Virus record (IMG/VR): IMGVR_UViG_3300038365_000169
Source of the DNA: an uncultured virus (IMG/VR IMGVR_UViG_3300038365_000169)
Taxonomy: Duplodnaviria > Heunggongvirae > Uroviricota > Caudoviricetes
Strand: one strand, 5' to 3'
Length of the DNA stretch: 64,000 nt
Both the position numbers and the translations under genes were made by a program. Positions 38,853-48,251 of the stretch are shown one piece after another; within the stretch, counting starts at the first letter, position 1, and every line of letters starts with the position of its first letter. A model generated the notes under the pieces. The model did no database searches. It was not told the DNA's origin and saw only the letters and a program-made list of their open reading frames with translations.

Positions 38853-39929
38853 TTAGCCGTCCTCCTCTGTGTATACTTTGTCTAAAACTTCAATTTCGAT
38901 TGGTATGGTCTTTTGTACGTTCTTTTCGTCCATTCCCTTGCTTTTGAGCCATGTCTGGCATCCCCACTTGATGTGGCAGCTGCCGCAGTAGCGCATGTAT
39001 GAGCACTCAAAACGCTTGGTCTCCCTGGCTTTCTTGATATGCTCCAAATGGTTCATGGTTTGCTCTAAAACCTTGGACTGCTGAACCAGTGAGTGAACGT
39101 CCATTTCAACATTCCTTAGGCTCTTGGTGTATGCACCGGGGCAGGATAAAATTACCTTTTTGACCGTCTCGCCGTACTCTGCTTCAGCTCCCCACTTGTA
39201 GTAGATCATCTGGGGTAGGTATCCATGCTCCCCAAGTAGGTACGGGTTGGGATCACCCTCACCAGTTTTGTAGTCCACCACACAGAGCCCTATGTTGCGA
39301 ACGTCAATGCGGTCCATCTTTAGGTACATTGGAACGCCAACGTCCACCCCAAGCGGTCTGATGTTGGTCTTGATGAAAATCTCGGTGGCCACCTGTAGCT
39401 CCCTATGGTTCATTGGTCCGCCAAGATAGTCGTCTGAGTCCCAGTAGCCCTCAACATGGAGTAAAACGTCCTTCTCGCGCTCAAATTGCTCGTCCTTTAT
39501 GACGGTTTCCTTGGTGATTCTGTCCAGCTCCACCTTGGTTCTAACCTCACCGTTATAGAAGGACTCCATGATGTTGTGGAATGTCCTGCCCACTGATGTG
39601 GCCGTGCCGGTTTTCTCACGAAATAGCTTTCCGACCAAATATCCGGCGGGACATAGGTCAAAAGACTTCATGGCGGATGGTGAGATGTACCCGCCGGATG
39701 TGGAGTTTAAAATGTGCTGGAGTGGATGGGTTCTGCCCAAGTTTTCCGCCTGAAATTTCTCCGACTGCATGCTGATGAATGACACTATGTCCCTATACAG
39801 CTGGGAGGCGTCAATTATGCCGTTCTCCTGATGTATCTCTGACCTAAATATTACAACGTCCTGCTTCTCTGGCTTGCCGCTAACCTCTTCAATTTTGCTC
39901 TCTGGTAATTCCTGTGCATGATTGTCCAT
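38853..39929 (-). CDS. PD-(D/E)XK nuclease, AddB/RecB/Cas4-like with 4-Cys cluster
   Basis: ISPS..FDLCP, GRTFH, DRID, VDYKTG, Q..YY, C..YCGSC....C. Confidence 0.8.
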   Translation of the reverse strand: MDNHAQELPESKIEEVSGKPEKQDVVIFRSEIHQENGIIDASQLYRDIVSFISMQSEKFQAENLGRTHPLQHILNSTSGGYISPSAMKSFDLCPAGYLVGKLFREKTGTATSVGRTFHNIMESFYNGEVRTKVELDRITKETVIKDEQFEREKDVLLHVEGYWDSDDYLGGPMNHRELQVATEIFIKTNIRPLGVDVGVPMYLKMDRIDVRNIGLCVVDYKTGEGDPNPYLLGEHGYLPQMIYYKWGAEAEYGETVKKVILSCPGAYTKSLRNVEMDVHSLVQQSKVLEQTMNHLEHIKKARETKRFECSYMRYCGSCHIKWGCQTWLKSKGMDEKNVQKTIPIEIEVLDKVYTEEDG

Positions 39930-39943
39930 AATTGTTCCCTCCT

Positions 39944-40855
39944 TTATGCATCATTCCCATATGTGTAGTTATATCTGCACTGAAACTCAAAAAGTGCATT
40001 GCGGTACAGGTCAGCGGGAATGCTCCTGTTGGGAGGTGAGTACGCTACATCCTTCCGTAGGTCGAGTCCGTTTGGAATGACCAATGGGTCATAGGTGGAA
40101 AGTACATCCCCATGAAGCTCTGTGATCTTTCGGCATGCAATATTGATCTTGCTGCCCTCATAAAGAATGGACCTTAGGATCACAGGTCTGTTGTAGAAGC
40201 GTAAGCATATCATCCTGTTGGGGATGGGAACTCCCTCCTTGGTGCACTCCACAGCAAAAGCTTCATGGTATCGATCTCCTTCTAACACTACCGAACTGTC
40301 AGTTGAGTTGTCGTTCGGTCTCCGGATGACCTTCACCAACATCTGCTTGTAGAGCATCTCCTTCTCCTTTACGTCGGGAAACTTCATGCTTTGCAGGGAT
40401 AGCTCACCGTCTATAAAGTCCACCAGCTTGCCCTTGCCCTGCAGCTTTACCTTCGCGCATACCAGTGCGTTTATCTTGTCCCTATAGCCTAACTTGCCGT
40501 ATACCTCTCGGAATTTTTCGTCAGTTTTGACCAAACCTGCGTTTAAAAGTAGGTTTATCTCGTGCATAAACCTTACTGATATCGTTGGGTCGTACTCTGA
40601 ACGTACCCCGCAGAAGTATAGCATCTCCGCTGATCCATCCACAATTTTCATTACGTTCTTTTGAACGATGGTTAGGACGGGTTCCTTGGGCTTTATGGCC
40701 TTGGCATATCTATGGTCCACATCCACCCCGCTTTCCTGAAGAACCTCTAGCATCTCGTCACGGAATGCGCACACCTGTGTGAGGTCACTGCAGTAGCTGG
40801 CCTGACCCTTTAGTCGCTCATATAGCTCTTTTTCCTTGATTTGAACCTCTATCAA
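39944..40855 (-). CDS. Hypothetical protein, possible RecG-wedge-like OB fold
   Basis: LRFYNRP....L..G..I...P...AYS.....LYR resembles the RecG wedge region; no helicase motifs. Confidence 0.35.
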   Translation of the reverse strand: MIEVQIKEKELYERLKGQASYCSDLTQVCAFRDEMLEVLQESGVDVDHRYAKAIKPKEPVLTIVQKNVMKIVDGSAEMLYFCGVRSEYDPTISVRFMHEINLLLNAGLVKTDEKFREVYGKLGYRDKINALVCAKVKLQGKGKLVDFIDGELSLQSMKFPDVKEKEMLYKQMLVKVIRRPNDNSTDSSVVLEGDRYHEAFAVECTKEGVPIPNRMICLRFYNRPVILRSILYEGSKINIACRKITELHGDVLSTYDPLVIPNGLDLRKDVAYSPPNRSIPADLYRNALFEFQCRYNYTYGNDA

Positions 40856-40874
40856 GCTGTCACCTCCCTTACTT

Positions 40875-42416
40875 TTATATAAAAGGTTCTACCGGACCGT
40901 TTTTCTCCCGACGTATGTTCATAGCTATGCCATGACGGTAAAAGTTGAAGCAGTGCTTGACCATATAGCCGTGCTTCTCTATGCGGTCGTCAAATATGCT
41001 CACCACACCCTTGCTGTCCCTATCCCTCCATAGGCGCCCGGAGGACTGCAGAATGTCGTTTTGTGTCTTGGGAATGGTGAACCCCTTCCATGGGTTAAAT
41101 CCGTTCTTTCCGTTGTTGGTCAGATAGTCCTGCATCGCTCTGGCCTTGTCATTCCAGTTGGGAAATGGAATTCTGTTGAGGCAGACAAAATTTAGGTTTG
41201 GTATGTCTATGCCCTGAAAAAGTGCCCTTGATCCGCATAAAACAAGCTTTTTCTCTGGGTCAGCCTTTAGGAATTCGTCTAAGTCGGTCACCATGTGGTA
41301 GCCCCTATGGCCGTCACACTCCAGTGCCATCTGCACGTCATGGTTGGTGGTGGAAAGGCATAGACCTCGAACAAGACCCTTTTCGTTCACATAGTCCAAA
41401 AACTCTAAATATGCTACCTTAAAGTCCTCCCTGGGTAGGGCAATAAATTCACTTTGGCTGTAGTCACAGAACTGCTCCCTCTCCCTGTAGGTGTTGTTGC
41501 GGCTGCAGCCAAACATCTTCAGGGTGAACTCGTCCATGGTGGCGGACATTAGCAGTGTTTTGGGTCTTTTCATCTCGAACTCATGGTAGAAGTAGCTGAT
41601 GCTGTAGCATCCCTCGTCCGTTTCGATCCAGTTGTTGGGTGCGGGTCTGGTCTCAAAAAACTGCCGTGCAAGCTCCCTGGTGTGCCCCTTTAGCGCATTC
41701 ACTAGAGCGTCCACCTGTGACTGTGGAAGTGGTTTTCCGTTCATAATGTTGCTTTTTACCAGCATGTTCATTGGTGGTTTTAACTTGTTGATGGCGACCT
41801 CAATCTTGGCAAGGTCATTTTTGTCTAGCTCCAATGATATCCAAGAGTCATAAAAGGATGAAAATGTGTGTGCTTCATCCACCACCAGTAGGTTGCAGTT
41901 GTTGAAGGTGCCCAGCTCCTGATGCGCAAGATAGGTGCTGTGGTTTGTTATGACCACATATCCGGCCTCTCCTGATATCTTTGAGCATAAGCTTCTGTAC
42001 TCCTTTATGGTGAAGGGGCAGAACTGCTCCAGTGGGTCATCATGTTCAACATCCAGATGGTTGTGCTTGGTGCCGCATAAATGCCTTTCAAGTGTGAATG
42101 GTTTAAAACCCTCCATCTCTAGGCCGTCCTCCACCCACTGCTTGGGGCAGTTTAAAGCCTTTGAGCCGATCAAAACCAATGGCTTTAGGCCCATCTCCAG
42201 AGCTCTTTGCTCCATTAAGAATACCAGATTGTTGAACCCTGTGGACACCACAACATTGCTCAATGGGTTTTTCTCCAGCCACCTTTTGGCAACCTCAAGA
42301 ATTACATAGGTTTTGCCGGAGCCGGTGGGGCTTTCGACAGCCACAGTGTTGGCAGTTTCCAAGCATGTTTCAGCAAAATGCTGCTGAATTTGTTGATATT
42401 TACGTAGAACTATCAT
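40875..42416 (-). CDS. DinG/XPD-like SF2 helicase
   Basis: ESPTGSGKT, ITNH, VDEAH, SAT, QGIDIP, RIPFP, QSSGRLWR. Confidence 0.85.
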   Translation of the reverse strand: MIVLRKYQQIQQHFAETCLETANTVAVESPTGSGKTYVILEVAKRWLEKNPLSNVVVSTGFNNLVFLMEQRALEMGLKPLVLIGSKALNCPKQWVEDGLEMEGFKPFTLERHLCGTKHNHLDVEHDDPLEQFCPFTIKEYRSLCSKISGEAGYVVITNHSTYLAHQELGTFNNCNLLVVDEAHTFSSFYDSWISLELDKNDLAKIEVAINKLKPPMNMLVKSNIMNGKPLPQSQVDALVNALKGHTRELARQFFETRPAPNNWIETDEGCYSISYFYHEFEMKRPKTLLMSATMDEFTLKMFGCSRNNTYREREQFCDYSQSEFIALPREDFKVAYLEFLDYVNEKGLVRGLCLSTTNHDVQMALECDGHRGYHMVTDLDEFLKADPEKKLVLCGSRALFQGIDIPNLNFVCLNRIPFPNWNDKARAMQDYLTNNGKNGFNPWKGFTIPKTQNDILQSSGRLWRDRDSKGVVSIFDDRIEKHGYMVKHCFNFYRHGIAMNIRREKNGPVEPFI

Positions 42417-43480
42417 GGCCCCTTTCCCTCCTCCACTGAGTATTGGTTCATGGCAATCTGAAGCTTTAGGGAGCGGTCCTCAAACTGTCCCGCATTTAGT
42501 ATCTTCTCAAATGCTCTGTTGGTGGGTGCAAAAATGTAGGCGCCAAAAAGATTTCCGCTTCTGTTGATGGAGCCCACCAGAGATGCCACAAATGGCCCCT
42601 CCTCGTCAAATCTGATCCTGGACATCAATGCAATCTCATAGAACCTGGAAGATACCTTGTCACCCTTTAGGTCCTCCACCAGCTCGTTTATCCATGCGGA
42701 AATGGACTCCCAGTTGTAGCCACCGCTGTATCCGCCCGTTAAGGTGTCATTTACGTCCTTCTTTCTGCCCTTGTTCATGGAGTTTAAAGCGCTCTGTGTG
42801 GCATGCTCAGTTACCATTAAAGCGGTGAACACCCCCACATTATGAACACCCCCTGGTAACGCCCCTGCACATCTTTTGCATATGCCGCGCATCTTGCCTG
42901 CAACTCTGGCGTCCTCCGCTGTGTGGGGAAAGCTGGCGCATGAGAGAGGGGATCGGACATGAACCTGTTCAAGTTCTTTCTCCCCACATATTTGCACAAA
43001 TTCGTCAAACTTCATGCGTACATGTGACTTAAGTTCGTTCACCCAGTTGTACCTGATGCGATAGTCATAAAGCTCCTGGTTGATCTCTGATAGCCTCATT
43101 CGCACGCCCTCGCTGTCACAGCTCTTGGACACAATGGTGAAGTCATCCGCTGATGCCATCAGCAGCTTGTAAAAATAACCAGCCTTGGATATATCCGTGT
43201 TGTTTGAACTCATCACCGACTGGATGAAGGCGGCGCTTTCGCCCTCGTCATAGCTGGCACCCTGACGGTGTGCCATGTCTAAAAAGTCCTTTTCATTGTT
43301 AAAAAAGTCAAAGATCATCTGCATCTGGCTGTTATGCCCGGTTCTTATGAACTCGGCTATGTCACCCACTGTGGGTATAACCTCCTTCTGCCACAGATGC
43401 TCACCCAGCATTTGGTTGACCTGGAGGTACTCCTCCCTTCCGAGATGCTCGCACATCTCGAGTCCCTTCTTCAGGTTCAT
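42413..43480 (-). CDS. RNA polymerase beta'-like C-terminal subunit (set 1)
   Basis: DISKAGYFYKLL (bridge helix), VRSPLSC, GICKRCAG, VGVFTALMVTEHATQSAL (trigger helix). Confidence 0.82.
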   Translation of the reverse strand: MNLKKGLEMCEHLGREEYLQVNQMLGEHLWQKEVIPTVGDIAEFIRTGHNSQMQMIFDFFNNEKDFLDMAHRQGASYDEGESAAFIQSVMSSNNTDISKAGYFYKLLMASADDFTIVSKSCDSEGVRMRLSEINQELYDYRIRYNWVNELKSHVRMKFDEFVQICGEKELEQVHVRSPLSCASFPHTAEDARVAGKMRGICKRCAGALPGGVHNVGVFTALMVTEHATQSALNSMNKGRKKDVNDTLTGGYSGGYNWESISAWINELVEDLKGDKVSSRFYEIALMSRIRFDEEGPFVASLVGSINRSGNLFGAYIFAPTNRAFEKILNAGQFEDRSLKLQIAMNQYSVEEGKGP

Positions 43481-43498
43481 CTACATCATCACCCCTTC

Positions 43499-44965
43499 CT
43501 ACCTTTCATCCCTTAAATAAAATAGGTTTTCCAGAAGTCCCTCGTCAGCCGCAAATATGAAGTCCTCCACAATATGATTGCGTACGGTTCCATTTGCATA
43601 GTTCATATGGCTTCTGCTGGGCAGAATGCGCTTGGCCTCCTCAATGGCGGCAAAAGAGTAAAGAGCAACCTCAAGAAGAACGTCGCCATCCACGTCTGCA
43701 TTCATGCCGTCCATCATGATGGGGTTCATCCCCACGCATCGAAGGCCCATTGTGTCTATTCCGTCCCATTCACCCGTTTCAGGGTCTATTTCCACCCCTT
43801 GACCCCATTTTTCCACATCGCCATAGTTTGGACTTTTTGGGTCAATCCATCTCATCTGTCTGATGTTGCAGTATCTTTCGTTATGCTTCAGGCATAGGTC
43901 TGTGCCCTCGGTTTTGCCCACTGGATATATGCTGGCTATTCTGGGCTTCATGGCCACAATGGAGGCATGGTTGATCGTAGGCGGTCGGTTGACCAAAAGA
44001 ACCATGTCACCCTCCACGAGATGCCTGTTGACCTCCTCCATGTTTCCGCCGTACTTTTTGAATAGATAGGGGTACAATGTTTCCACCAATGTGTCACCTA
44101 TGATGATTACGTCCTCGTGAACGTCATGACGGTTAACAAGGGTGGCGCGCACAGCACCGGAAATTGGATGTGATATTATCTCACCCTTTAGAATCGAGTA
44201 CTCTACGTCCTGAAGCTCCGCAAATAGCTTGTCAAGAATCTGGTGGTAAAGATCACTTATGACCCGATAGGCTGATAGCAGGTATAAGGGTCTGCCCTTT
44301 GCCAGCTCCTCCATCTCCAGTGCGTTGTTGATGCGCTTGATGATGGTGGAATATAGGTCATTTATGGGGGTTATAAAAGGGTTTGCGCTGCTTATTACCA
44401 TTGGCCTGAAGATGGTGTGTGGTACGCTTAACCAGTCCACCATGCTTTCCTTGATCCAAGACTCGCTAACACCCACATGCCGCAGTGCATCCACGCCAAT
44501 AAGTGTCCTATCGCCCTCAAACTGCAAGGGGTCAAGGCCCTCATCAACATCCATTATCTCGTAGCTGTCCTGGTCGACATATACAAATGAGCGGTACTCG
44601 GCAATGCTCTTGATTTGCTCCACGGTGGCCTTTATGCGCCTGTTCCATTTGCCGTCATCATTTCGATGTGACTTGTCCCAATCAGCAAACGCTACACTGC
44701 ACCAGCAGCAAAGCTCGATATAGAAGTCCGGCATGCTCTTGGGGTCCACAACACGAGTGCCGCAGATGTCACACACTCCCTCGTCAGTTTTTAGGCCGCA
44801 GTCGCACCTGTATAGGTTGCCAAATACCCTCTTGGAAAAGATCCCCTCGTCATGATAGACGAGTGAGTCAACCTTTTGGCGCCTGTGCGGCTCAAGAATA
44901 AGATGGGATGTTACTCGGTTGCCCTCCATCTTATGAATTTTCATCCTGGAAACCTTTACATTCAT
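43499..44965 (-). CDS. RNA polymerase beta'-like N-terminal catalytic subunit (set 1)
   Basis: GIFSKRVFG..YRCDCG...CDICG zinc finger; FRPMV; INDLY; NRPPT; catalytic NADVDGD. Confidence 0.92.
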   Translation of the reverse strand: MNVKVSRMKIHKMEGNRVTSHLILEPHRRQKVDSLVYHDEGIFSKRVFGNLYRCDCGLKTDEGVCDICGTRVVDPKSMPDFYIELCCWCSVAFADWDKSHRNDDGKWNRRIKATVEQIKSIAEYRSFVYVDQDSYEIMDVDEGLDPLQFEGDRTLIGVDALRHVGVSESWIKESMVDWLSVPHTIFRPMVISSANPFITPINDLYSTIIKRINNALEMEELAKGRPLYLLSAYRVISDLYHQILDKLFAELQDVEYSILKGEIISHPISGAVRATLVNRHDVHEDVIIIGDTLVETLYPYLFKKYGGNMEEVNRHLVEGDMVLLVNRPPTINHASIVAMKPRIASIYPVGKTEGTDLCLKHNERYCNIRQMRWIDPKSPNYGDVEKWGQGVEIDPETGEWDGIDTMGLRCVGMNPIMMDGMNADVDGDVLLEVALYSFAAIEEAKRILPSRSHMNYANGTVRNHIVEDFIFAADEGLLENLFYLRDER

Positions 44966-44986
44966 GCTCTCCCTCCTTAGATGTTT

Positions 44987-47242
44987 TTAGAATAGGTCAA
45001 TCTGCTCATCCGTTAGCATTCTCTGCAGCTGGACAAGCTCATGCCTGATGTTTCCACTCATGCCGGTTCCGATGTTAAACTCGAACCCTATGGTCTTCAG
45101 TATGTTGAAGAACCTGAGTGAGTTTGCAGGCTCAGGATTGATCATGCCCGTTCTCTGCATCTCCTGAATCTGGGCAAGTGAGTCATGATGCTTGCTGATG
45201 GACCTCACATCAATCTCGTTCATCACGTTGAATAAACCGCGTGATGCTAGATTTAATAGCTCCATCTCGCCAAACTTGAGCATCCTGGCATAGTTGCTCT
45301 TGATGTAGCTGTGGCTCTGCTTGCCGCATGCGTCATGGTCTAAACGGAGGATTACATTGATGCCCACCGGTTTGACGCTGCTCTTCCCACCGAAAAGAAC
45401 CACGCTCTTTTTGGAGAATTCTGCCATCTCCTCGCTGTACATCTCCACGGCATCCAAAATGTTGTCTACATCCTCATGGCCTGTGGCAGAGGCCCATGCC
45501 TCGAAAAGCTGCCCTAAGCTCCTTCGGCGGTACACCGATAGGCCGGAAACGATGATGTCGAAAGGTCCCGCAGGAAAGCTTCCAACCGCTTCAGCTAAGC
45601 AGGGCATCTCATGGTCCTCCAGTATGAGTGATACCACACCCTTGGAGCCATGCAGGTTGGTTAGCTTGTCACCAACAGAGAAGGGAACGTCAGCCTCAAC
45701 CACCACCCACTCATAGCTTAAGGACTGAATCTTGATGTTTCTGTAGTTATTGCACATTGTGGAGCCTACCAGCTCCATCAGGTCCTCCACAGCCATAAGA
45801 TCGCCTTCAACATACTTGTCCGCAAGCTTGTGGTATGACTCCCTGCTGTTCAGGTGTATCTTTCTGGTCTTTTTGGACTTTAACCTTCTGGCAAATGAGC
45901 GTGAGATGATGATGCTGTCCCCAAAGTTAAAGCCCTTCCAGTCCCCAAAAACAATTCTTGCTGGTGTTTCATGCGTAAATGGGTCATTTTCGCCCATAGT
46001 GGGAACAGCCTGTGCGCGCAGCTTGGCGGTCATCATGATGCGCTTTGGTGCGTTGTTGCTGGAGAAGTTTGAGGAGGAAAGCACGCTTAGGTTCCTATGG
46101 ACGGTCCATTCGGGATGAACCGCAATGTCCCACATGTCCCTTAGCTTTCCGTCAATTAGGTTCCAAAGTTTGCCGTCCTCCACCTGCACGTCATCTAGAA
46201 GTAACCTGCTCTTTCCGGCGCTTTTGTTCGTGCTGGTCTTGAATGCGTCAAAAAATCTGTCGCTCTGGGTGAACATGAAGTTGCTGTTGAACTCATTCTT
46301 GTAGATTACGGTGCGTGAGTTTTCAAGTGCAAATAGGTCGTTAGAGGCAAGAACCAAATTGTTGGAACCGTTTCTGTCCAATGCGTCATTTCTCACGCGC
46401 TGCGCGGTGAACATTTTGACAATATTGATGGGTATGGATACCTTCATGATGGGGTTTGCAAACCTCTTGCTGCGACGCACCATGTTGAACATTTCGTCCA
46501 CACGTGTGAATCTGAAGTTATAAACCGCACAGGGGTCATGCTCTGGAAGAAGCCTCATGGCCTCCACAAAGTTCTCCCTGGTGAGCTCCTCAGGTTTCAG
46601 ATCCAACCATGCGGCTAACCATCCTCGGTTTAACTCCGTCATGCGATCCCATGGATCGAAATCATCAATTTTAACCTCGAATTCGCCTGAATTTATGCTA
46701 TAGATCCATGCCTTTTGGTAGTAGCATAGGTTGCCAACACGATAGATTAAACTGTAGTTCGCCATGGCAGTTATGCGTAAAACGTACCTGCTTTCGCCCA
46801 GATACCAGCATAAATCGTCAGGAACAGGGAGGTATGCCAGAGGTGCACGTTTGACCATTTGGTCCTTTTCGCCGTCCATTTTGTCCTGTGTGTACTGAAA
46901 GGTGGCGTAAAGGCATATGATGCCGGACTGGTCATAAACTAGCTCATAGGAGCCTGGAACCATCTTGTCCATGTCATTGCATTTGCCCTCCTGAAAGAGC
47001 GTTTTCAGCTCATTTTCGCCGTTGTTCCACAGCCTGTCAGCACATTCGTTGAGATGCCTCTGAACCGCATCTTGGTTGTGCCAGTTCGCAAGTGGTGTTA
47101 CGCCGAAATATCTCTCATTTTCAGCCTTCCAAATGTCCTTTTGGCGCTGCCACAGGTTGTTAATGTTGTGTATGCTCATTTCATCTCTCCTTTCTTCCCT
47201 AAGATTAAACAGGTTTAGCAGTTGTATGCCCTCAGAGTGCAA
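44987..47242 (-). CDS. RNA polymerase beta-like subunit (set 1)
   Basis: KRIMMTAKLRAQAVP, WKGFNFGDSIIIS, GDKLTNLHGSKGVVS, RRSLGQLFE, RLDH, KFGEME. Confidence 0.9.
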   Translation of the reverse strand: MHSEGIQLLNLFNLREERRDEMSIHNINNLWQRQKDIWKAENERYFGVTPLANWHNQDAVQRHLNECADRLWNNGENELKTLFQEGKCNDMDKMVPGSYELVYDQSGIICLYATFQYTQDKMDGEKDQMVKRAPLAYLPVPDDLCWYLGESRYVLRITAMANYSLIYRVGNLCYYQKAWIYSINSGEFEVKIDDFDPWDRMTELNRGWLAAWLDLKPEELTRENFVEAMRLLPEHDPCAVYNFRFTRVDEMFNMVRRSKRFANPIMKVSIPINIVKMFTAQRVRNDALDRNGSNNLVLASNDLFALENSRTVIYKNEFNSNFMFTQSDRFFDAFKTSTNKSAGKSRLLLDDVQVEDGKLWNLIDGKLRDMWDIAVHPEWTVHRNLSVLSSSNFSSNNAPKRIMMTAKLRAQAVPTMGENDPFTHETPARIVFGDWKGFNFGDSIIISRSFARRLKSKKTRKIHLNSRESYHKLADKYVEGDLMAVEDLMELVGSTMCNNYRNIKIQSLSYEWVVVEADVPFSVGDKLTNLHGSKGVVSLILEDHEMPCLAEAVGSFPAGPFDIIVSGLSVYRRRSLGQLFEAWASATGHEDVDNILDAVEMYSEEMAEFSKKSVVLFGGKSSVKPVGINVILRLDHDACGKQSHSYIKSNYARMLKFGEMELLNLASRGLFNVMNEIDVRSISKHHDSLAQIQEMQRTGMINPEPANSLRFFNILKTIGFEFNIGTGMSGNIRHELVQLQRMLTDEQIDLF

Positions 47243-47260
47243 TTCTCTGAGGATTTATGC

Positions 47261-48232
47261 TTAGCTATGCACGGTGTCAAGGGCAAAATTGCCCTTCGTG
47301 TGGGTGTTTGTGAGCTTCTCTATGCTCACTATTTTTTGGTCCTTCATGACGATGACATAGTTTAAAGACTTGGCAATGAAGTCATTAATTGCGTCCACAT
47401 TTTGGGTCTCTATTTGGCACAAAGCTCTTAACCTGGATAATGCTTTCATTGCGTCATCTCCATGCATCGTGCAGGCACCCCTGGTGCCGGATGCCATGTT
47501 TACCACAAACGGCCATGCCTCCCCACCCTTAAGCTCTCCAACAAAAATGGCGTCTAAACGCATTAGGTTGGACTGCTCCACAATGAAGCGTAACTTGCTC
47601 CTTTCGTCACTTTTGGGCGGAGGGCAGGTGATGCTGGTGCAGAGCTTGTTTGGGGGAATTAGCTCCAAAAACTCCTCTATAAGAACAATCTGCTCGTCCT
47701 TGCGTATGAATCTGTTGATCAAATAGTTCATCAGATAGGTCTTGCCGGAGCCTGATGGACCCACAATGATAAAGTTGCTATGCACGATTTGGTCAAATAG
47801 CTCGTCAGAAACTGTTGTGTTGTCCAGCTTGGATGGTGGTATCTTGGTGGTGGATATGGTGGGTGCTGGCAGCTGCACGAAGGGCTTCATGAAGGAAAAA
47901 ACTCTGGTCTTTATTCCCTCAATGATGATGCTTTGGCTGCAGTTGTCCCTTTCGTCCAAATTCATCTTTAAAAAGTTCTTGCAGAAGTCCCTATACTCCT
48001 CCTCTGAGTAGTTGGGAAACTCCATGGTTTTGAGCCTTTTGCCGGAGCAGCTCACCACCACCTCACCATACTCATACTTGATGCGTATGGTGGCGTATGC
48101 ATTTGATTTGATGGAAGCTACAAGAAACTCCTCCAGCCCCTCGTCAGCATCGTATGTGCCCTCTCCTGGACTCACATTGGTTTTCTCCAGTAGGTCCTGA
48201 GCCTGCTCAATGTTGCTTCTGTTTAGCCTCAT
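47261..48232 (-). CDS. CpaF/TadA/VirB11-family secretion ATPase
   Basis: GPSGSGKT, IEEFLEL, MRLDAIFVGELKG, CTMH. Confidence 0.85.
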   Translation of the reverse strand: MRLNRSNIEQAQDLLEKTNVSPGEGTYDADEGLEEFLVASIKSNAYATIRIKYEYGEVVVSCSGKRLKTMEFPNYSEEEYRDFCKNFLKMNLDERDNCSQSIIIEGIKTRVFSFMKPFVQLPAPTISTTKIPPSKLDNTTVSDELFDQIVHSNFIIVGPSGSGKTYLMNYLINRFIRKDEQIVLIEEFLELIPPNKLCTSITCPPPKSDERSKLRFIVEQSNLMRLDAIFVGELKGGEAWPFVVNMASGTRGACTMHGDDAMKALSRLRALCQIETQNVDAINDFIAKSLNYVIVMKDQKIVSIEKLTNTHTKGNFALDTVHS

Positions 48233-48251
48233 TTATTTCCACTCCCTTCCA

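Noticed and set aside
38853..42416. Type IV CRISPR-Cas (DinG plus Cas4-like nuclease)
   Set aside because: No repeat-spacer array and no Cas5/6/7-like genes seen; the context is replication and recombination
42413..47242. Host chromosomal rpoB/rpoC
   Set aside because: Subunits are far shorter, split, duplicated and divergent, with no ribosomal-protein neighbourhood
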